Source of the DNA: Pseudomonadota bacterium
GTDB taxonomy: Bacteria > Pseudomonadota > Gammaproteobacteria > Burkholderiales > Methylophilaceae
NCBI GenBank assembly: GCA_029569495.1
Contig: JAKQTB010000118.1
Coordinates: 3,628-67,627, forward strand
DNA length: 64,000 nucleotides
Direction: 5' to 3'
The position numbers and the translations under genes were made by a program. Below the pieces are notes generated by a model. It was not told where the DNA came from and ran no database searches. It was given only the letters and a program-made list of their open reading frames with translations. Positions 10,416-20,927 of the stretch are shown here, piece by piece; the first letter of the stretch is position 1; each line of letters starts with the position of its first letter.

Positions 10416-11096
10416 ATGAGTGTGGACGTAGCGAATGATATGTCGATTTTTTCGCTGGTGGCGGGTGCGAGTTTACCCGTGCAACTGGTGATGATAATTT
10501 TACTCCTCACGTCTTTATTTTCATGGTGGTATATTTTTATTAAAGTGGCCACCGTCAAGCGCGCTGAAACCAATGCCGAAGACTTTGAAAAAGCCTTTTG
10601 GACCGGTGGCGACTTAAATAAACTTTATGAAGGTTTAAGTGTAGGCCGCCGAAAACCACAAGGCATGGCGAGCATTTTTGAAGCGGGTTTTAAAGAATAT
10701 GCGCGCCACAAGCAACAAGGCCGCACTGAGGTTTCAGACATTATGGAAGGCACACGCCGTGCCATGCGCGCCGCCTATAACCGTGAGATGGACGATTTAG
10801 ATGCGCATTTGCCGTTTTTAGCCTCGGTCGGCTCGGTGAGTCCGTATATTGGTTTGTTCGGCACGGTGTGGGGTATTATGAATTCGTTCAGAGGCTTGTC
10901 TAACGTTGCGCAAGCCACGCTCAGCCAAGTGGCTCCGGGTATTGCAGAAGCGCTCATTGCCACGGCCATTGGCTTATTTGCGGCAATTCCAGCCGTCATT
11001 GCCTACAACCGTTTTGCCTCAAGTGTTGACAGGCTTTCAGTGCGTTACGAAAGCTTTATGGAAGAATTCACCAACATCTTGCAAAGAAAGAGCTAA
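10416..11096 (+). CDS. tolQ: Tol-Pal system protein TolQ
   Basis: MotA/TolQ/ExbB-type three-TM protein in tolQRAB-pal order. Confidence 0.9.
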   Translation: MSVDVANDMSIFSLVAGASLPVQLVMIILLLTSLFSWWYIFIKVATVKRAETNAEDFEKAFWTGGDLNKLYEGLSVGRRKPQGMASIFEAGFKEYARHKQQGRTEVSDIMEGTRRAMRAAYNREMDDLDAHLPFLASVGSVSPYIGLFGTVWGIMNSFRGLSNVAQATLSQVAPGIAEALIATAIGLFAAIPAVIAYNRFASSVDRLSVRYESFMEEFTNILQRKS

Positions 11097-11099
11097 ATC

Positions 11100-11498
11100 A
11101 TGGCGCGCACCCGTAAACGCCGCATGATGAACCAAATCAATGTCGTGCCCTACATTGATGTCACCTTGGTCTTGCTGGTGATTTTTATGGTGACCGCCCC
11201 CATGACAAATCCTGGCGTGGTGGATTTACCTAAAGTTGGGCAAGCACTCAATCAGCATCAGGTGCCCCCTGTGGTGCTTACTGTAAAGCTCAATAACAAA
11301 ATTGAGTTTGATAACAAAGCCATGGCGCGTGACGAATTATTGTTGGCAATTCGCCAAACACTGCAAAAATCACCTGAGCGCGCTGTAGTAGTAGCAGCAG
11401 ATAAAAATGTGAAATATGACGATGTGATTGGCGTGATGGATTTGCTCAAGCAAAATAAAGTTGAAAAAGTTGGCCTGCTGTTAGCGCCAGCGCCTTAG
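11100..11498 (+). CDS. tolR: Tol-Pal system protein TolR
   Basis: ExbD/TolR motif INVVPYIDVTLVLLVIFMV. Confidence 0.9.
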   Translation: MARTRKRRMMNQINVVPYIDVTLVLLVIFMVTAPMTNPGVVDLPKVGQALNQHQVPPVVLTVKLNNKIEFDNKAMARDELLLAIRQTLQKSPERAVVVAADKNVKYDDVIGVMDLLKQNKVEKVGLLLAPAP

Positions 11499-11525
11499 TT
11501 TATTCAAGCGATAAATTTAAATTTG

Positions 11526-12356
11526 ATGCAACGCGCAAACCAAACCACAATGCTTAAAAGCTATGAAAAAGAAATTTCATGGAAGGCGGGCGCGTACGCG
11601 ATTGCCGTGCATTTAGCGTTATTGGGTGGGCTATTGATTTCATTTAATTGGAAAGCCGCACACCCAGTGTTAAACGTGGCGGAAGTCGAGCTTTGGGAGA
11701 GTATTCCTAATACCGCACCCCCGCCGCCGCCCGTGATTGTACCTAAAATTGAACCAGCCCCAGTGGTAAAAGACGTGCCAGAACCAAAGCCAGAGGCGAA
11801 GGTTGAAGAACCAAAAGTCGATATTGCGCTTGAAAAGAAAAAAGAACTTGAACAGAAAAAGCTGGAAGAAAAAGCTGCGAAACAAGAAGCTGAGAAACTT
11901 AAGAAAGAGCGATTAGCCGCAATTCAGGCAGATACACTAAAAGACGAAAAGCGTGATAGCGAAAAGCAATTAAATGATAAAAAAGCTAAAGACGAGCTTA
12001 AAAAGTTGCAGCAAGAATTAAGTGCAGAGGGCGATCAGCAAGCGCTGGCAGCTAAAGCCTCGGCTAATGCAGGAGTTATTGATGAATATAAAAGAAAAAT
12101 CCAAGATAAAATCAAAGGCAACGTCAATAACGAACTTTGTGGTGACGGCAAGCCTGTATTGAAATTTAAAATTGATTTACTGCCATCGGGCGAACTAAGT
12201 GGCAACCCAAAACTCACCAAAACTAGCGGCTTAGAGGCGTGTGATGATGCAGTAGAACGTGCCATTATGGCTTCGCAGCCATTGCCGTTGCCTGAGGATG
12301 TCGCTTTGAAGTCGCAATTCAGGAACTTAAATTTAACTTTTACACCTAATAACTAG
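11526..12356 (+). CDS. tolA: Tol-Pal system protein TolA
   Basis: N-terminal TM, Pro/Lys/Glu-rich helical domain and TolA C-terminal domain. Gene position supports the call. Confidence 0.8.
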   Translation: MQRANQTTMLKSYEKEISWKAGAYAIAVHLALLGGLLISFNWKAAHPVLNVAEVELWESIPNTAPPPPPVIVPKIEPAPVVKDVPEPKPEAKVEEPKVDIALEKKKELEQKKLEEKAAKQEAEKLKKERLAAIQADTLKDEKRDSEKQLNDKKAKDELKKLQQELSAEGDQQALAAKASANAGVIDEYKRKIQDKIKGNVNNELCGDGKPVLKFKIDLLPSGELSGNPKLTKTSGLEACDDAVERAIMASQPLPLPEDVALKSQFRNLNLTFTPNN

Positions 12357-12495
12357 CAATTTGTTAGTGCGCGGTATTGGATGGCTTTTGTAACAAAGTG
12401 TAAATCGTGTGGCATCAAAATGGTTTTGCGGTTAAATTTACACGAATAAATATCAGGGGCTCAATTTAACAATCGAGACGATAAAACATAACACC

Positions 12496-13779
12496 ATGAA
12501 AATATTTAGATTTTTAGCTTTTTTTACTTCATTTTTCGCATCAACATTCTTATTTACTCCCGTCGCCAACGCTGCTTTGGAAATTGAAATCAGCGGGGGT
12601 AGCGCACAGCAAATTCCAATCGCCATTGTGCCTTTTGGGCAAGGTGAGCATGCCGCCACCATGAGCGGCATTATTGCCGCTGACTTAAAGCGTAGCGGTT
12701 TGTTTCGTGTGCTTGAAACTGGTGGTGTGGCTAGTCGCCCAACCGATATTACGCAAATTAAATTTGCTGAGTGGTCGGCATTACAAGCCCAAGCCATGTC
12801 GGTTGGCACCATTGAGCCACAAGCGGATGGCAAGTTAAAAGTATCGTTTCAGTTGGCCGATGTGCTAAAACAAACGCAGCTTACCAGCGGTCAATATAAT
12901 ATTAGCCCAAGCCAGCTAAGAATTACCGCACATAAAATTGCCGATGCGATTTATCAAAAACTTACCGGTGAATCAGGTATTTTTGCCAGCCACATTGCTT
13001 ATATCAACAAATCAAAAGGCCGCTACACTTTGCAGGTGGCCGATGCGGATGGTGCGAACCCGCGTACGATGTTGTCATCAAAAGAGCCGATTATTTCACC
13101 TGCCTGGGCGCCAGATGGCAACCGCATTGCCTATGTTTCTTTTGAAAAGAAAAAACCGATTATCTATGTACAAACTCTGGGCGGACAACGTACCACCGTG
13201 GCGAGCTTCAAAGGCAACAACAGCGCACCTGCTTGGTCGCCAGATGGTAATAAGCTCGCTATTGTGCTCACGCATGGGGCTAATTCGCAGTTATATACCA
13301 TTAATGCAGATGGCTCAGGCTTAAAGCAGGTGACTAAGAGTTCTGCCATTGATACCGAACCGACATGGTCAACCGATGGGCAGTGGATTTATTTTACCTC
13401 TGACCGTGGTGGCCGCCCGCAAATTTACAAGGTTTCATCACAAGGCGGTGACCCAAAACGGGTGAGTTTTGAAGGCGCTTATAATGTAAGCCCGCGTTTT
13501 TCACCAGATGGTAAATCATTAGCGATGATTCGTAATGATGGCGGCAGATTCCGCGTGGCGCTGCAAGATTTAAACAGTGGTCAAGTGCAGTTGCTAAGCG
13601 ATGGCGGCCAAGATGAGTCGCCCAGTTTTGCGCCAAACGGACGCGTAATATTGTATGCTACCCGTAACGGTGGCCGTGGCGCATTGGCGGCGGTGTCGGC
13701 CGATGGGCGCGTGAAACAGCGCTTAAATGAGTCTGGTGGCGATATTCGCGAGCCGGCTTGGGGCCCTTTGATTAAATAG
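12496..13779 (+). CDS. tolB: Tol-Pal system beta-propeller protein TolB
   Basis: Signal peptide and repeated SPAWSPDG/SPRFSPDG propeller motifs. Confidence 0.9.
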   Translation: MKIFRFLAFFTSFFASTFLFTPVANAALEIEISGGSAQQIPIAIVPFGQGEHAATMSGIIAADLKRSGLFRVLETGGVASRPTDITQIKFAEWSALQAQAMSVGTIEPQADGKLKVSFQLADVLKQTQLTSGQYNISPSQLRITAHKIADAIYQKLTGESGIFASHIAYINKSKGRYTLQVADADGANPRTMLSSKEPIISPAWAPDGNRIAYVSFEKKKPIIYVQTLGGQRTTVASFKGNNSAPAWSPDGNKLAIVLTHGANSQLYTINADGSGLKQVTKSSAIDTEPTWSTDGQWIYFTSDRGGRPQIYKVSSQGGDPKRVSFEGAYNVSPRFSPDGKSLAMIRNDGGRFRVALQDLNSGQVQLLSDGGQDESPSFAPNGRVILYATRNGGRGALAAVSADGRVKQRLNESGGDIREPAWGPLIK

Positions 13780-13861
13780 TAATTTTTAGCAGCAATGTGT
13801 AGTCGATTAAATTTACAATTTTTATGTAGCAGTTTAAGCAATTTTTAGTATTTTATTTTTT

Positions 13862-14446
13862 ATGGAGAGCACTATGAACAACCTGACTTTTAACAAAAAA
13901 CTACTCAGCACATTGATGTTGGCTTTGGTATTAACCGCTTGTAAAAGCACACCAATGACTAAACCTTCTATTGAAGACAAAAGCGTAGGCCAAAACACAA
14001 CCACCACCACGCCAGCTGCTGGTGCGGATGATGGCTCAACCGTTAAAGAAGTGTCACTTGATGACGCCAATGCCAATGATGCAGGCAACCCATTAAAAGA
14101 TCCTAACAATATTTTGTCAAAACGTAATATCTACTTTGACTTTGATAGCGATGCTGTCAAGGCAGAATATCGCCCATTGGTAGAAGCGCATGCAAAATAC
14201 CTACTAAGCCATAAAGATGCGCGTGTGATTGTGCAAGGCAATGCCGATGAGCGTGGTACACGTGAATACAACTTAGCCCTTGGCCAACGTCGTTCAGTTG
14301 CGGTGAAAAAAGCATTGAACGTGTTGGGTGTGCAAGATGAACAGATTGAAACCGTGAGTTACGGTGAAGAAAAAAGCACCGGTTGTGCTGATGAGGCTTG
14401 TTTCAGCAAAGACCGCCGCGCAGATATCGTGTATCAAGGCGAGTAA
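13862..14446 (+). CDS. pal: peptidoglycan-associated lipoprotein Pal
   Basis: Lipobox LTAC and OmpA-like domain NIYFDFDSD...GNADERGTREYNLALGQRR. An alternative ATG lies at 13874. Confidence 0.9.
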   Translation: MESTMNNLTFNKKLLSTLMLALVLTACKSTPMTKPSIEDKSVGQNTTTTTPAAGADDGSTVKEVSLDDANANDAGNPLKDPNNILSKRNIYFDFDSDAVKAEYRPLVEAHAKYLLSHKDARVIVQGNADERGTREYNLALGQRRSVAVKKALNVLGVQDEQIETVSYGEEKSTGCADEACFSKDRRADIVYQGE

Positions 14447-14460
14447 TAGAAACTCGGTTA

Positions 14461-14500
14461 GCCGCTATCAAGTTCTGATAGCGGCACCTTCTTTTAATTT
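14461..14500 (+). terminator. possible intrinsic terminator after pal
   Basis: 10-bp stem gccgctatca/tgatagcggc with a 5-nt loop, followed by an interrupted T-rich tract. Confidence 0.4.
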
Positions 14501-14519
14501 TTAGATGCATGCTTAAAAT

Positions 14520-15374
14520 ATGATGAAAAAACTCAATCTGGTCAGCTTGTTTTTGCTGGTGCAACTTTTTGCGATCAATAGCCATGCGGCTTTGTTCGAT
14601 GATAAAGAAGCGCGCAAAAAAATCTTGGAAATTGAAGCGACCATGACGAGTCAACATCAGGCGACGCAAAATGAGCTGGCTAATTTGAAAAAAAGCCAGC
14701 AAGCGCTTGAGCAGCGCGTGATTGCGATTGAGGCCATTACCAAAGGCCAGGTTTTGGGCGATATGCAAAACCATATTGATACGCTCAATCAGGAAATCGC
14801 CCGACTAAAAGGTGAACTGGAAGAAGCAAACCATCATATTGAGGCCACCCAGCAGCGCCAAAAAGATTTGTATGGCGATACCGATGCGCGTTTGCGTAAA
14901 TTAGAGGGTGGAGATACGGCTGCCGCAACCACAACAGCGCCTGATGCCACTGCAGCAGCGCCAGCCGCTACAGCCACGCCGAATAAAAATACCCAAGAAT
15001 ACCAGTTGTTAGAGCTTGCCAATGGCTTATCCAGGGAGGCCAAGCATAAAGATGCTTACAATGCCTATGACAAATTCTTGAAAGACTACCCAGATAGCGC
15101 ATTGACGCCCGAGGCCAAATATGGCTTGGGTTACACGCAATTTGCGCTTAAAAACTATAAATCAGCCATTATCACACAGCAAAAAGTCATTGATTTGCAT
15201 CCAGATAGCCCAAAAGTACCCGATGCAATGCTGAATAAAGCCAACAGTCAAATCCAGCTTGGGCAAGTGGCAAATGCTAAAAAAACGTTGCGTGATTTAA
15301 TTGCGAAATTTCCAGAGAGCGAAGTAACTCCCACGGCACAAAGGCGCTTAAAAGCGCTGGAAGCCATCAAATAA
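14520..15374 (+). CDS. cpoB: cell-division coordinator CpoB (YbgF)
   Basis: Signal peptide, coiled coil and C-terminal TPR region. Last gene of the tol-pal cluster. Confidence 0.8.
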   Translation: MMKKLNLVSLFLLVQLFAINSHAALFDDKEARKKILEIEATMTSQHQATQNELANLKKSQQALEQRVIAIEAITKGQVLGDMQNHIDTLNQEIARLKGELEEANHHIEATQQRQKDLYGDTDARLRKLEGGDTAAATTTAPDATAAAPAATATPNKNTQEYQLLELANGLSREAKHKDAYNAYDKFLKDYPDSALTPEAKYGLGYTQFALKNYKSAIITQQKVIDLHPDSPKVPDAMLNKANSQIQLGQVANAKKTLRDLIAKFPESEVTPTAQRRLKALEAIK

Positions 15375-15413
15375 AAACAGGTTTTTTTCACGTCAGATTC
15401 ACCCTATTTTCTC

Positions 15414-15478
15414 TCGAGAGATTTTTGATGCTCTGTAAGCCTTTATTTATAAGGCTCGCAGAGCAGGTCAAAAGGGTT
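15414..15478 (-). repeat. 64-bp hairpin repeat, copy E4 (flanks diverged)
   Basis: Reverse complement reads aacccttttgacctgctctgcgagcc-ttataaataaa-ggcttacagagcatcaaaaatctctcga. Confidence 0.85.
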
Positions 15479-15613
15479 GTGACTATTTAAGCACATCATT
15501 TTTCATTTTTACGAACCTTGTTTGTTTGCCGATTGCGCTTATATTTTAAACAGCCTTTGGCTTTCGCGGTAAAATAGCGCCAACGCAATTGTTGGCATTT
15601 TTTATCATCTCTC

Positions 15614-16252
15614 ATGGCACTTAAAATTCACGAAATTTTCTATTCGCTGCAAGGCGAATCTACGCGTGTTGGCTTGCCAACGGTGTTCGTACGCCTTACT
15701 GGCTGCCCAATGCGCTGCGTATATTGCGACACTGCTTACGCGTTTAGTGGCGGCAGCAATATGGAAACTGCTGATATTTTGGCTAAAATTGCCGAATATG
15801 GCACTAAATATGTGACTGTTACCGGTGGTGAACCGCTGGCGCAGAAAGAATGCATGGTGCTGCTTAAAGCGTTGTGCGATGCAGGTTACAACGTCTCTCT
15901 TGAAACAGGAGGGGCCGTCGATATTGGTCCAGTGGACAGTCGCGTTTCAGTCATTTTAGACATTAAAACGCCAGATTCAGGTGAGCTCAAAAATTACCTG
16001 TGGGAAAATCTAACCCACCTTAAAAAGACCGATGAGGTGAAGTTCGTTTTATGTAGCCGCGCTGATTACGACTGGGCAAAGCAGATTTTGGTGCAATATC
16101 ACCTTGTTGAAAAATGTAGCGTATTGTTCTCACCTGTTTATAGCCAAATTAACCCAACGGATTTAGCCAATTGGGTATTAGCCGACCAATTGCCAGTGCG
16201 TATGCAACTTCAATTACACAAAATTCTTTGGGGCGAGGTGCCGGGAAAATGA
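15614..16252 (+). CDS. queE: 7-carboxy-7-deazaguanine synthase QueE (radical SAM)
   Basis: Motifs [10 protein letters not shown] and a [10 protein letters not shown] cluster. The stop overlaps the queC start (ATGA). Confidence 0.85.
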   Translation: MALKIHEIFYSLQGESTRVGLPTVFVRLTGCPMRCVYCDTAYAFSGGSNMETADILAKIAEYGTKYVTVTGGEPLAQKECMVLLKALCDAGYNVSLETGGAVDIGPVDSRVSVILDIKTPDSGELKNYLWENLTHLKKTDEVKFVLCSRADYDWAKQILVQYHLVEKCSVLFSPVYSQINPTDLANWVLADQLPVRMQLQLHKILWGEVPGK

Positions 16253-16929
16253 CCAAACGTGCTGTGGTATTGCTTTCTGGCGGGCTGGATTCTGCCACGG
16301 TACTCGCCTATGCGCGTAGTCTTGGCTTTGAATGCTATTGTTTAAGTTTAGATTACCATCAGCGTCACATCGCTGAACTGCATGCGGCCAAAAATATCGC
16401 CAAATTAATGAATGCTAAAGCGCACAAAACCGCGCAGCTTGATTTATCCTTATTTGGCGGTTCGGCCCTCACGGATGATGCCATTGCTGTGCCAGAAAGC
16501 GCCACAACAGGCATCCCGATTACTTATGTGCCGGCGCGCAACACGATTATGCTGTCACTCGCTTTGGCTTGGGCTGAAGTGCTTGAAGCGCAAGATATTT
16601 TTATTGGCGTGAATGCGCTAGATTATTCTGGCTACCCAGATTGCCGTGGTGAATATGTCAAAGCGTTTCAAAGCATGGCCAATTTAGCAACTAAAAGCGC
16701 GGTAGAAGGCAAAACGATTACGATTCACGCCCCGCTGATAGATATGACCAAGGCGCAAATTGTGCAGTTAGGTACCAAGTTGGGTGTGGATTATGCCATG
16801 ACTGTTTCATGTTATCAGGCTGATGAACACGGTGAAGCATGCGGCCTGTGTGATTCTTGCCGTCTGCGTCGCGATGGCTTTTTAGCGGCGGGTATAGATG
16901 ATCCAACGCGGTACAAAGCACTTCCCTAA
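16249..16929 (+). CDS. queC: 7-cyano-7-deazaguanine synthase QueC
   Basis: True start [15 protein letters not shown] at 16249 (track ORF starts at 16171). C-terminal zinc motif [10 protein letters not shown]. Confidence 0.9.
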   Translation: MTKRAVVLLSGGLDSATVLAYARSLGFECYCLSLDYHQRHIAELHAAKNIAKLMNAKAHKTAQLDLSLFGGSALTDDAIAVPESATTGIPITYVPARNTIMLSLALAWAEVLEAQDIFIGVNALDYSGYPDCRGEYVKAFQSMANLATKSAVEGKTITIHAPLIDMTKAQIVQLGTKLGVDYAMTVSCYQADEHGEACGLCDSCRLRRDGFLAAGIDDPTRYKALP

Positions 16930-17058
16930 ACATTGGGCACAAACTTATTTGTAAATAAATGCAGTGCGACTTGATAAATAGCTTGTCAAAAGCACAATAA
17001 ATAGCGTAAAATCCGCGCCTTTCTGCTTTAAAATTTCTATTAAAAGAGAACTAAGATT

Positions 17059-17538
17059 ATGGTTATTATTCGTTTAGCTCGTGGTGGCGCGAAAAAAACT
17101 CCTTTCTACAACGTGGTTGTAGCTGATTCACGCAATCGTCGCGATGGCCGCTTTATTGAGCGCGTAGGTTTTTACAATCCATCTGCCAAAGCAAATGCTG
17201 AAAGCTTGCGCATTGATTTAGCGCGCGTTACGCATTGGCAAAATAACGGTGCGCAATTGTCAGAAACCGTAGCGCGCTTGGTTAAATTCCACGCTAAAGG
17301 CCCGGAGCACGCAATTGCTGCAAAAGTTAAAGATGCTGCTAAAGCCGATGCTGCTAAAGCTAAAATTGCTGCTGCTGAAGCAGCAAAAGTAAAAGCTGCT
17401 GCCGATGCTGCTAAAGCTGAAGCGGATGCAAAAGCCGCTGAAGAAGCTGCCGCTGCAAAAGAAGCTGAAGCCGCTGCCAAGGCTGCTGAAGCAGAAGCTG
17501 CTGCTGCACCTGCTGAAGAAGCACCAGCTGCAGAATAA
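17059..17538 (+). CDS. rpsP: 30S ribosomal protein S16 with long Ala/Lys/Glu-rich C-terminal extension
   Basis: N-terminal roughly 80 aa are canonical S16 ([25 protein letters not shown]). Followed by a roughly 75-aa low-complexity tail. Confidence 0.9.
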   Translation: MVIIRLARGGAKKTPFYNVVVADSRNRRDGRFIERVGFYNPSAKANAESLRIDLARVTHWQNNGAQLSETVARLVKFHAKGPEHAIAAKVKDAAKADAAKAKIAAAEAAKVKAAADAAKAEADAKAAEEAAAAKEAEAAAKAAEAEAAAAPAEEAPAAE

Positions 17539-17584
17539 ATCAAAGCACTCGGGCGTTAAAACGCCTTGGTGAATTAAGTTTATT

Positions 17585-18154
17585 TTGGAAGCAAGTCATT
17601 TAGTTATCATGGGGCGCATTGTTGCGCCTTATGGCGTTTTTGGTTGGCTAAAAGTCATTCCCGATACAGAAGCGCTCGATGGTCTGCTTGATTACGAGTC
17701 ATGGTGGCTAGGCAAAGGCAATGATTGGCGTGAATTGAAGGTTGTAGAGGCCAAAATACACAATGATGTGATTGTGGTGAAGCTTGAAGGCATTAACGAC
17801 CGCGACGCAGCATTTGCATGTAAGGGTAAGCAGGTCGCTGTGCCAAGAGATGCGCTCCCAGAGCCTGAAGAAAATGAATATTACTGGTCAGACCTGATTG
17901 GTTTGCGTGTAAAAAATAAGCAAGATATTGATTTTGGCACTATCGTGGATGTGTTTGAAACAGGCGCAAATGATGTGCTTGTTGTGAAGGCCGATGTTGT
18001 TCAACCGGAATTGGCAAAGTCAGCTTCGGATAAAGTTGTAGAAGTTAAAAATGAAAAGCCGCAGGAAAGATTGTTGCCTTTTATTGCATCAGTGGTTTTA
18101 GAAGTGGACTTGAAAGCTCAAACGATGTTGGTCGACTGGGACGAAGACTTTTAG
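17585..18154 (+). CDS. rimM: 16S rRNA processing protein RimM
   Basis: Motif GRIVAPYGVFGWLKV. rpsP-rimM-trmD-rplS order. TTG start inferred. Confidence 0.85.
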   Translation: MEASHLVIMGRIVAPYGVFGWLKVIPDTEALDGLLDYESWWLGKGNDWRELKVVEAKIHNDVIVVKLEGINDRDAAFACKGKQVAVPRDALPEPEENEYYWSDLIGLRVKNKQDIDFGTIVDVFETGANDVLVVKADVVQPELAKSASDKVVEVKNEKPQERLLPFIASVVLEVDLKAQTMLVDWDEDF

Positions 18155-18169
18155 TTTAGTACAGCAACC

Positions 18170-18907
18170 ATGGCTTATCAGTTTTATGTAGTAACGTTAT
18201 TTCCTGAAATGTTTGAGGCCATTACCCAGCATGGCATTACCAGCAGGGCGTTGCAACATAATATTTATCACGTGCAGTTTTGGAATCCACGTGATTACAC
18301 TACTGATAATCATAAAACGGTTGATGACAGGCCGTATGGCGGTGGCCCTGGCATGGTGATGCTGGTTGAGCCGCTCGAAAAGGCAATAGCGGCTGCAAAG
18401 ACGGCGCAACAAGAAAAGCATATAGAAAGTTGGGTTGTCCATCTTTCACCAGCGGGAAAGCCGCTGACGCATCAAAAAGTGATGCAGTTAAGTAAAAAGC
18501 CAGGCTTAGTATTACTGGCTAGCCGTTATGAAGGGGTTGACCAACGCCTGATTGATGCTGAAGTAGATGAAGAAATATCCATTGGTGATTATGTTCTAAG
18601 TGGCGGAGAGTTACCTGCCATGGCATTAATGGATGCGATTATTCGCCAATTGCCAGGAAGTTTAGGGGATGGGGATTCGGCCATTGAAGATTCATTTGTC
18701 GATGGATTGTTGGATTGCCCACACTACACTAGGCCTGAAGAATATAAAGGTGTCAAAGTGCCTGAAGTGTTGTTATCAGGCAATCATGCAAAGATTAAGC
18801 AGTGGCGTTTAAAAGCGGCATTGCAAAGAACTCGGGATTTACGTCCCGATTTATTGGCCGTAAGGCCGTTGACGAAAGAAGAAACACGACTGCTACAGCA
18901 TGATTAG
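18170..18907 (+). CDS. trmD: tRNA (guanine37-N1)-methyltransferase TrmD
   Basis: TrmD family sequence and synteny. Confidence 0.9.
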   Translation: MAYQFYVVTLFPEMFEAITQHGITSRALQHNIYHVQFWNPRDYTTDNHKTVDDRPYGGGPGMVMLVEPLEKAIAAAKTAQQEKHIESWVVHLSPAGKPLTHQKVMQLSKKPGLVLLASRYEGVDQRLIDAEVDEEISIGDYVLSGGELPAMALMDAIIRQLPGSLGDGDSAIEDSFVDGLLDCPHYTRPEEYKGVKVPEVLLSGNHAKIKQWRLKAALQRTRDLRPDLLAVRPLTKEETRLLQHD

Positions 18908-18971
18908 AGAGCAGGAACAAGTTACTTCATAATTAAAAGGAACCCCGCAAGGGAGAAAAAAGGTAAAAAAG

Positions 18972-19367
18972 ATGGCAGATATCATTAAAATGTTAGAAGA
19001 GGAAGAAATTGCTCGATTAGGCAAAACAATTCCTGATTTTGCGCCAGGCGACACAGTCGTGGTTGGTGTAAACGTTGTTGAGGGTACTCGTAAACGTGTA
19101 CAGTCATATGAAGGTGTTGTGATTGCTAAACGCAACCGTGGCTTAAACTCATCATTCATCGTGCGTAAAATTTCTTCAGGTGAAGGTGTTGAGCGTACAT
19201 TCCAAACCTATTCACCATTAATTGCGAGCATTGAGTTGAAACGTCGCGGTGATGTGCGTCGCGCTAAACTTTACTACTTGCGTGAGCGTTCAGGTAAATC
19301 TGCGCGTATTAAAGAAAAATTAGTTGCACGTGACAGAGAAGTATTGGCGCCAGTAGAAAAAGCATAA
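18972..19367 (+). CDS. rplS: 50S ribosomal protein L19
   Basis: Canonical L19 sequence. Confidence 0.95.
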   Translation: MADIIKMLEEEEIARLGKTIPDFAPGDTVVVGVNVVEGTRKRVQSYEGVVIAKRNRGLNSSFIVRKISSGEGVERTFQTYSPLIASIELKRRGDVRRAKLYYLRERSGKSARIKEKLVARDREVLAPVEKA

Positions 19368-19394
19368 CAAACGCTTTAACGCAGTCACAAAAAG

Positions 19395-19428
19395 GCCCTA
19401 AAACTGTACGCGGTTTAGGGCTTTTTTA
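19395..19428 (+). terminator. intrinsic terminator after rplS
   Basis: Stem gccctaaa/tttagggc followed by TTTTTT. Confidence 0.7.
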
Positions 19429-19464
19429 TTTGCACTAACATCAATAATAGCGTTTAATTACTGT

Positions 19465-19968
19465 ATGAAAAGCCAGCATAAACACATTCAAGTATACGAG
19501 GCGGTTGTTGAAACGCCATTTGGCGCGGTGGGGATTGTGTCTCAAGGAATGCAAGTGGTCATTGATTTATTGCCAGAAAAGCTTGAACAAAAACCCACCA
19601 CGCAAAAATTAGCACAAAACATTGCCGCACAAATTGAAGCGTATTTAAAAAACGCCAACAGTGGATTTAACTTGCCCATCAAACTGAAGGGTACGCCATT
19701 TCAGCGCAATGTTTGGCAGATAATAGATGCAATTCCAAGTGGGCAAGTGCTCACTTATAGCCAAATTGCCGAACAGCTTAAATCAAGCCCGCGCGCTGTG
19801 GCCAATGCATGCGGCGCAAATTTTCTTCCTATCGTCATCCCGTGTCATCGCGTGGTGGCAAAAGATGGTTTGGGCGGTTTTATGCGAGATGCTGAACATG
19901 GATTAACTATAAAAAAATGGCTTCTCAAGCATGAAGGTGCCATTGATGAAAATGGCAAATTAGTTTGA
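19465..19968 (+). CDS. ogt: methylated-DNA-protein-cysteine methyltransferase
   Basis: Active-site PCHRVV motif and GTPFQRNVW. Confidence 0.8.
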   Translation: MKSQHKHIQVYEAVVETPFGAVGIVSQGMQVVIDLLPEKLEQKPTTQKLAQNIAAQIEAYLKNANSGFNLPIKLKGTPFQRNVWQIIDAIPSGQVLTYSQIAEQLKSSPRAVANACGANFLPIVIPCHRVVAKDGLGGFMRDAEHGLTIKKWLLKHEGAIDENGKLV

Positions 19969-19972
19969 ATCA

Positions 19973-20872
19973 ATGGCGTTAGAAAGCGCAGAAGCCCAGC
20001 AGTTAGATAGCTTTATTGACCACCTTTGGTTAGAAGATGGCCTATCCAAAAACACGCTTGAAAGCTATCGCCTCGATTTAACCAGTTTCACACATTGGTT
20101 GCCCACACAAAAAAAACAGTTACTCACAGTTGAAGAAACCGATATTCAACAATATCTCGCGGTTAAATTTCCACAAAGTAAGCCACGCAGTATCAGCCGA
20201 TTGATAGCCACTTTGCGGCGTTTTTATCGTTATTGTTTGCGTGAAAATCTTATTAAAACAGACCCGACCATTCAAATTCAGTCGCCTAAGTTGCCTCGTA
20301 GTTTGCCCAAAAGCCTGAATGAAGAAGAAGTCATCGCGCTACTCAACGCGCCTAATTTAAATGCGCCAGCAGGCATACGCGATAAAGCTATGCTGGAGCT
20401 ACTGTACGCCTGCGGTTTGCGGGTATCAGAGCTGGTCAACATTAAAGCGACCGAAGTGAGCATCAATGATGCTGTTGTAAGGGTGACGGGAAAAGGCAGT
20501 AAAACGAGATTAGTGCCAATGGGTGAAGATGCAGCCGATTGGATTTCACGTTATTTGCGTGAGGCAAGGCCAGCGTTGCTGCATAAACGGCTGTGCGATG
20601 CGCTGTTTGTAACTAATCGCGGCGAGGCGATGACGCGCCAAGCTTTTTGGTATTTGATTAAACGCTATGCCTTGCTGGCTGGCATTACCAAGCCTATGTC
20701 GCCACACGTATTGCGCCATGCGTTTGCCACGCATTTGCTGAATCATGGCGCCGATTTACGTGTAGTACAAATGTTGTTAGGGCATGCGGATATTTCAACC
20801 ACGCAGATTTATACGCATGTGGCGCGGGAGCGATTGAAGCAATTGCATAGTGTGCATCACCCACGAGGATAG
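19973..20872 (+). CDS. xerD: site-specific tyrosine recombinase XerD
   Basis: Motif RHAFATHLLNHGADLRVVQMLLGHADISTTQIYTHV. Housekeeping context. Confidence 0.85.
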   Translation: MALESAEAQQLDSFIDHLWLEDGLSKNTLESYRLDLTSFTHWLPTQKKQLLTVEETDIQQYLAVKFPQSKPRSISRLIATLRRFYRYCLRENLIKTDPTIQIQSPKLPRSLPKSLNEEEVIALLNAPNLNAPAGIRDKAMLELLYACGLRVSELVNIKATEVSINDAVVRVTGKGSKTRLVPMGEDAADWISRYLREARPALLHKRLCDALFVTNRGEAMTRQAFWYLIKRYALLAGITKPMSPHVLRHAFATHLLNHGADLRVVQMLLGHADISTTQIYTHVARERLKQLHSVHHPRG

Positions 20873-20927
20873 GTGTGGTTGCATCATTTAAATTGTTAAC
20901 GCCTTAACGGCTAAATGCAAAATCGAG

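Noticed and set aside
10416-14446. TolQ/TolR as MotAB-like components of a Zorya-type defence system.
   Set aside because: This is the complete canonical ybgC-tolQRAB-pal-cpoB order, with no ZorC/D-like genes.
15375-15613. A preQ1 riboswitch upstream of queE-queC.
   Set aside because: I could not find the conserved preQ1-I stem, loop and A-rich tail pattern by eye. Only the generic hairpin is reported, as a low-interest finding.
17172-17543. Long antisense or overlapping ORFs in the track. Examples are 17172-17543, 26519-26980, 62580-63236, 25308-25790, 12453-12833, 3428-3817, 10006-10368 and 48-296.
   Set aside because: Each lies opposite or inside a confidently identified gene. They have low-complexity or Ala/Ser-rich translations and no RBS or family resemblance, so they are shadow ORFs.
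19973-20872. The tyrosine recombinase as a mobile-element integrase.
   Set aside because: The sequence and context are typical of housekeeping XerD. There are no flanking att-like repeats or cargo.
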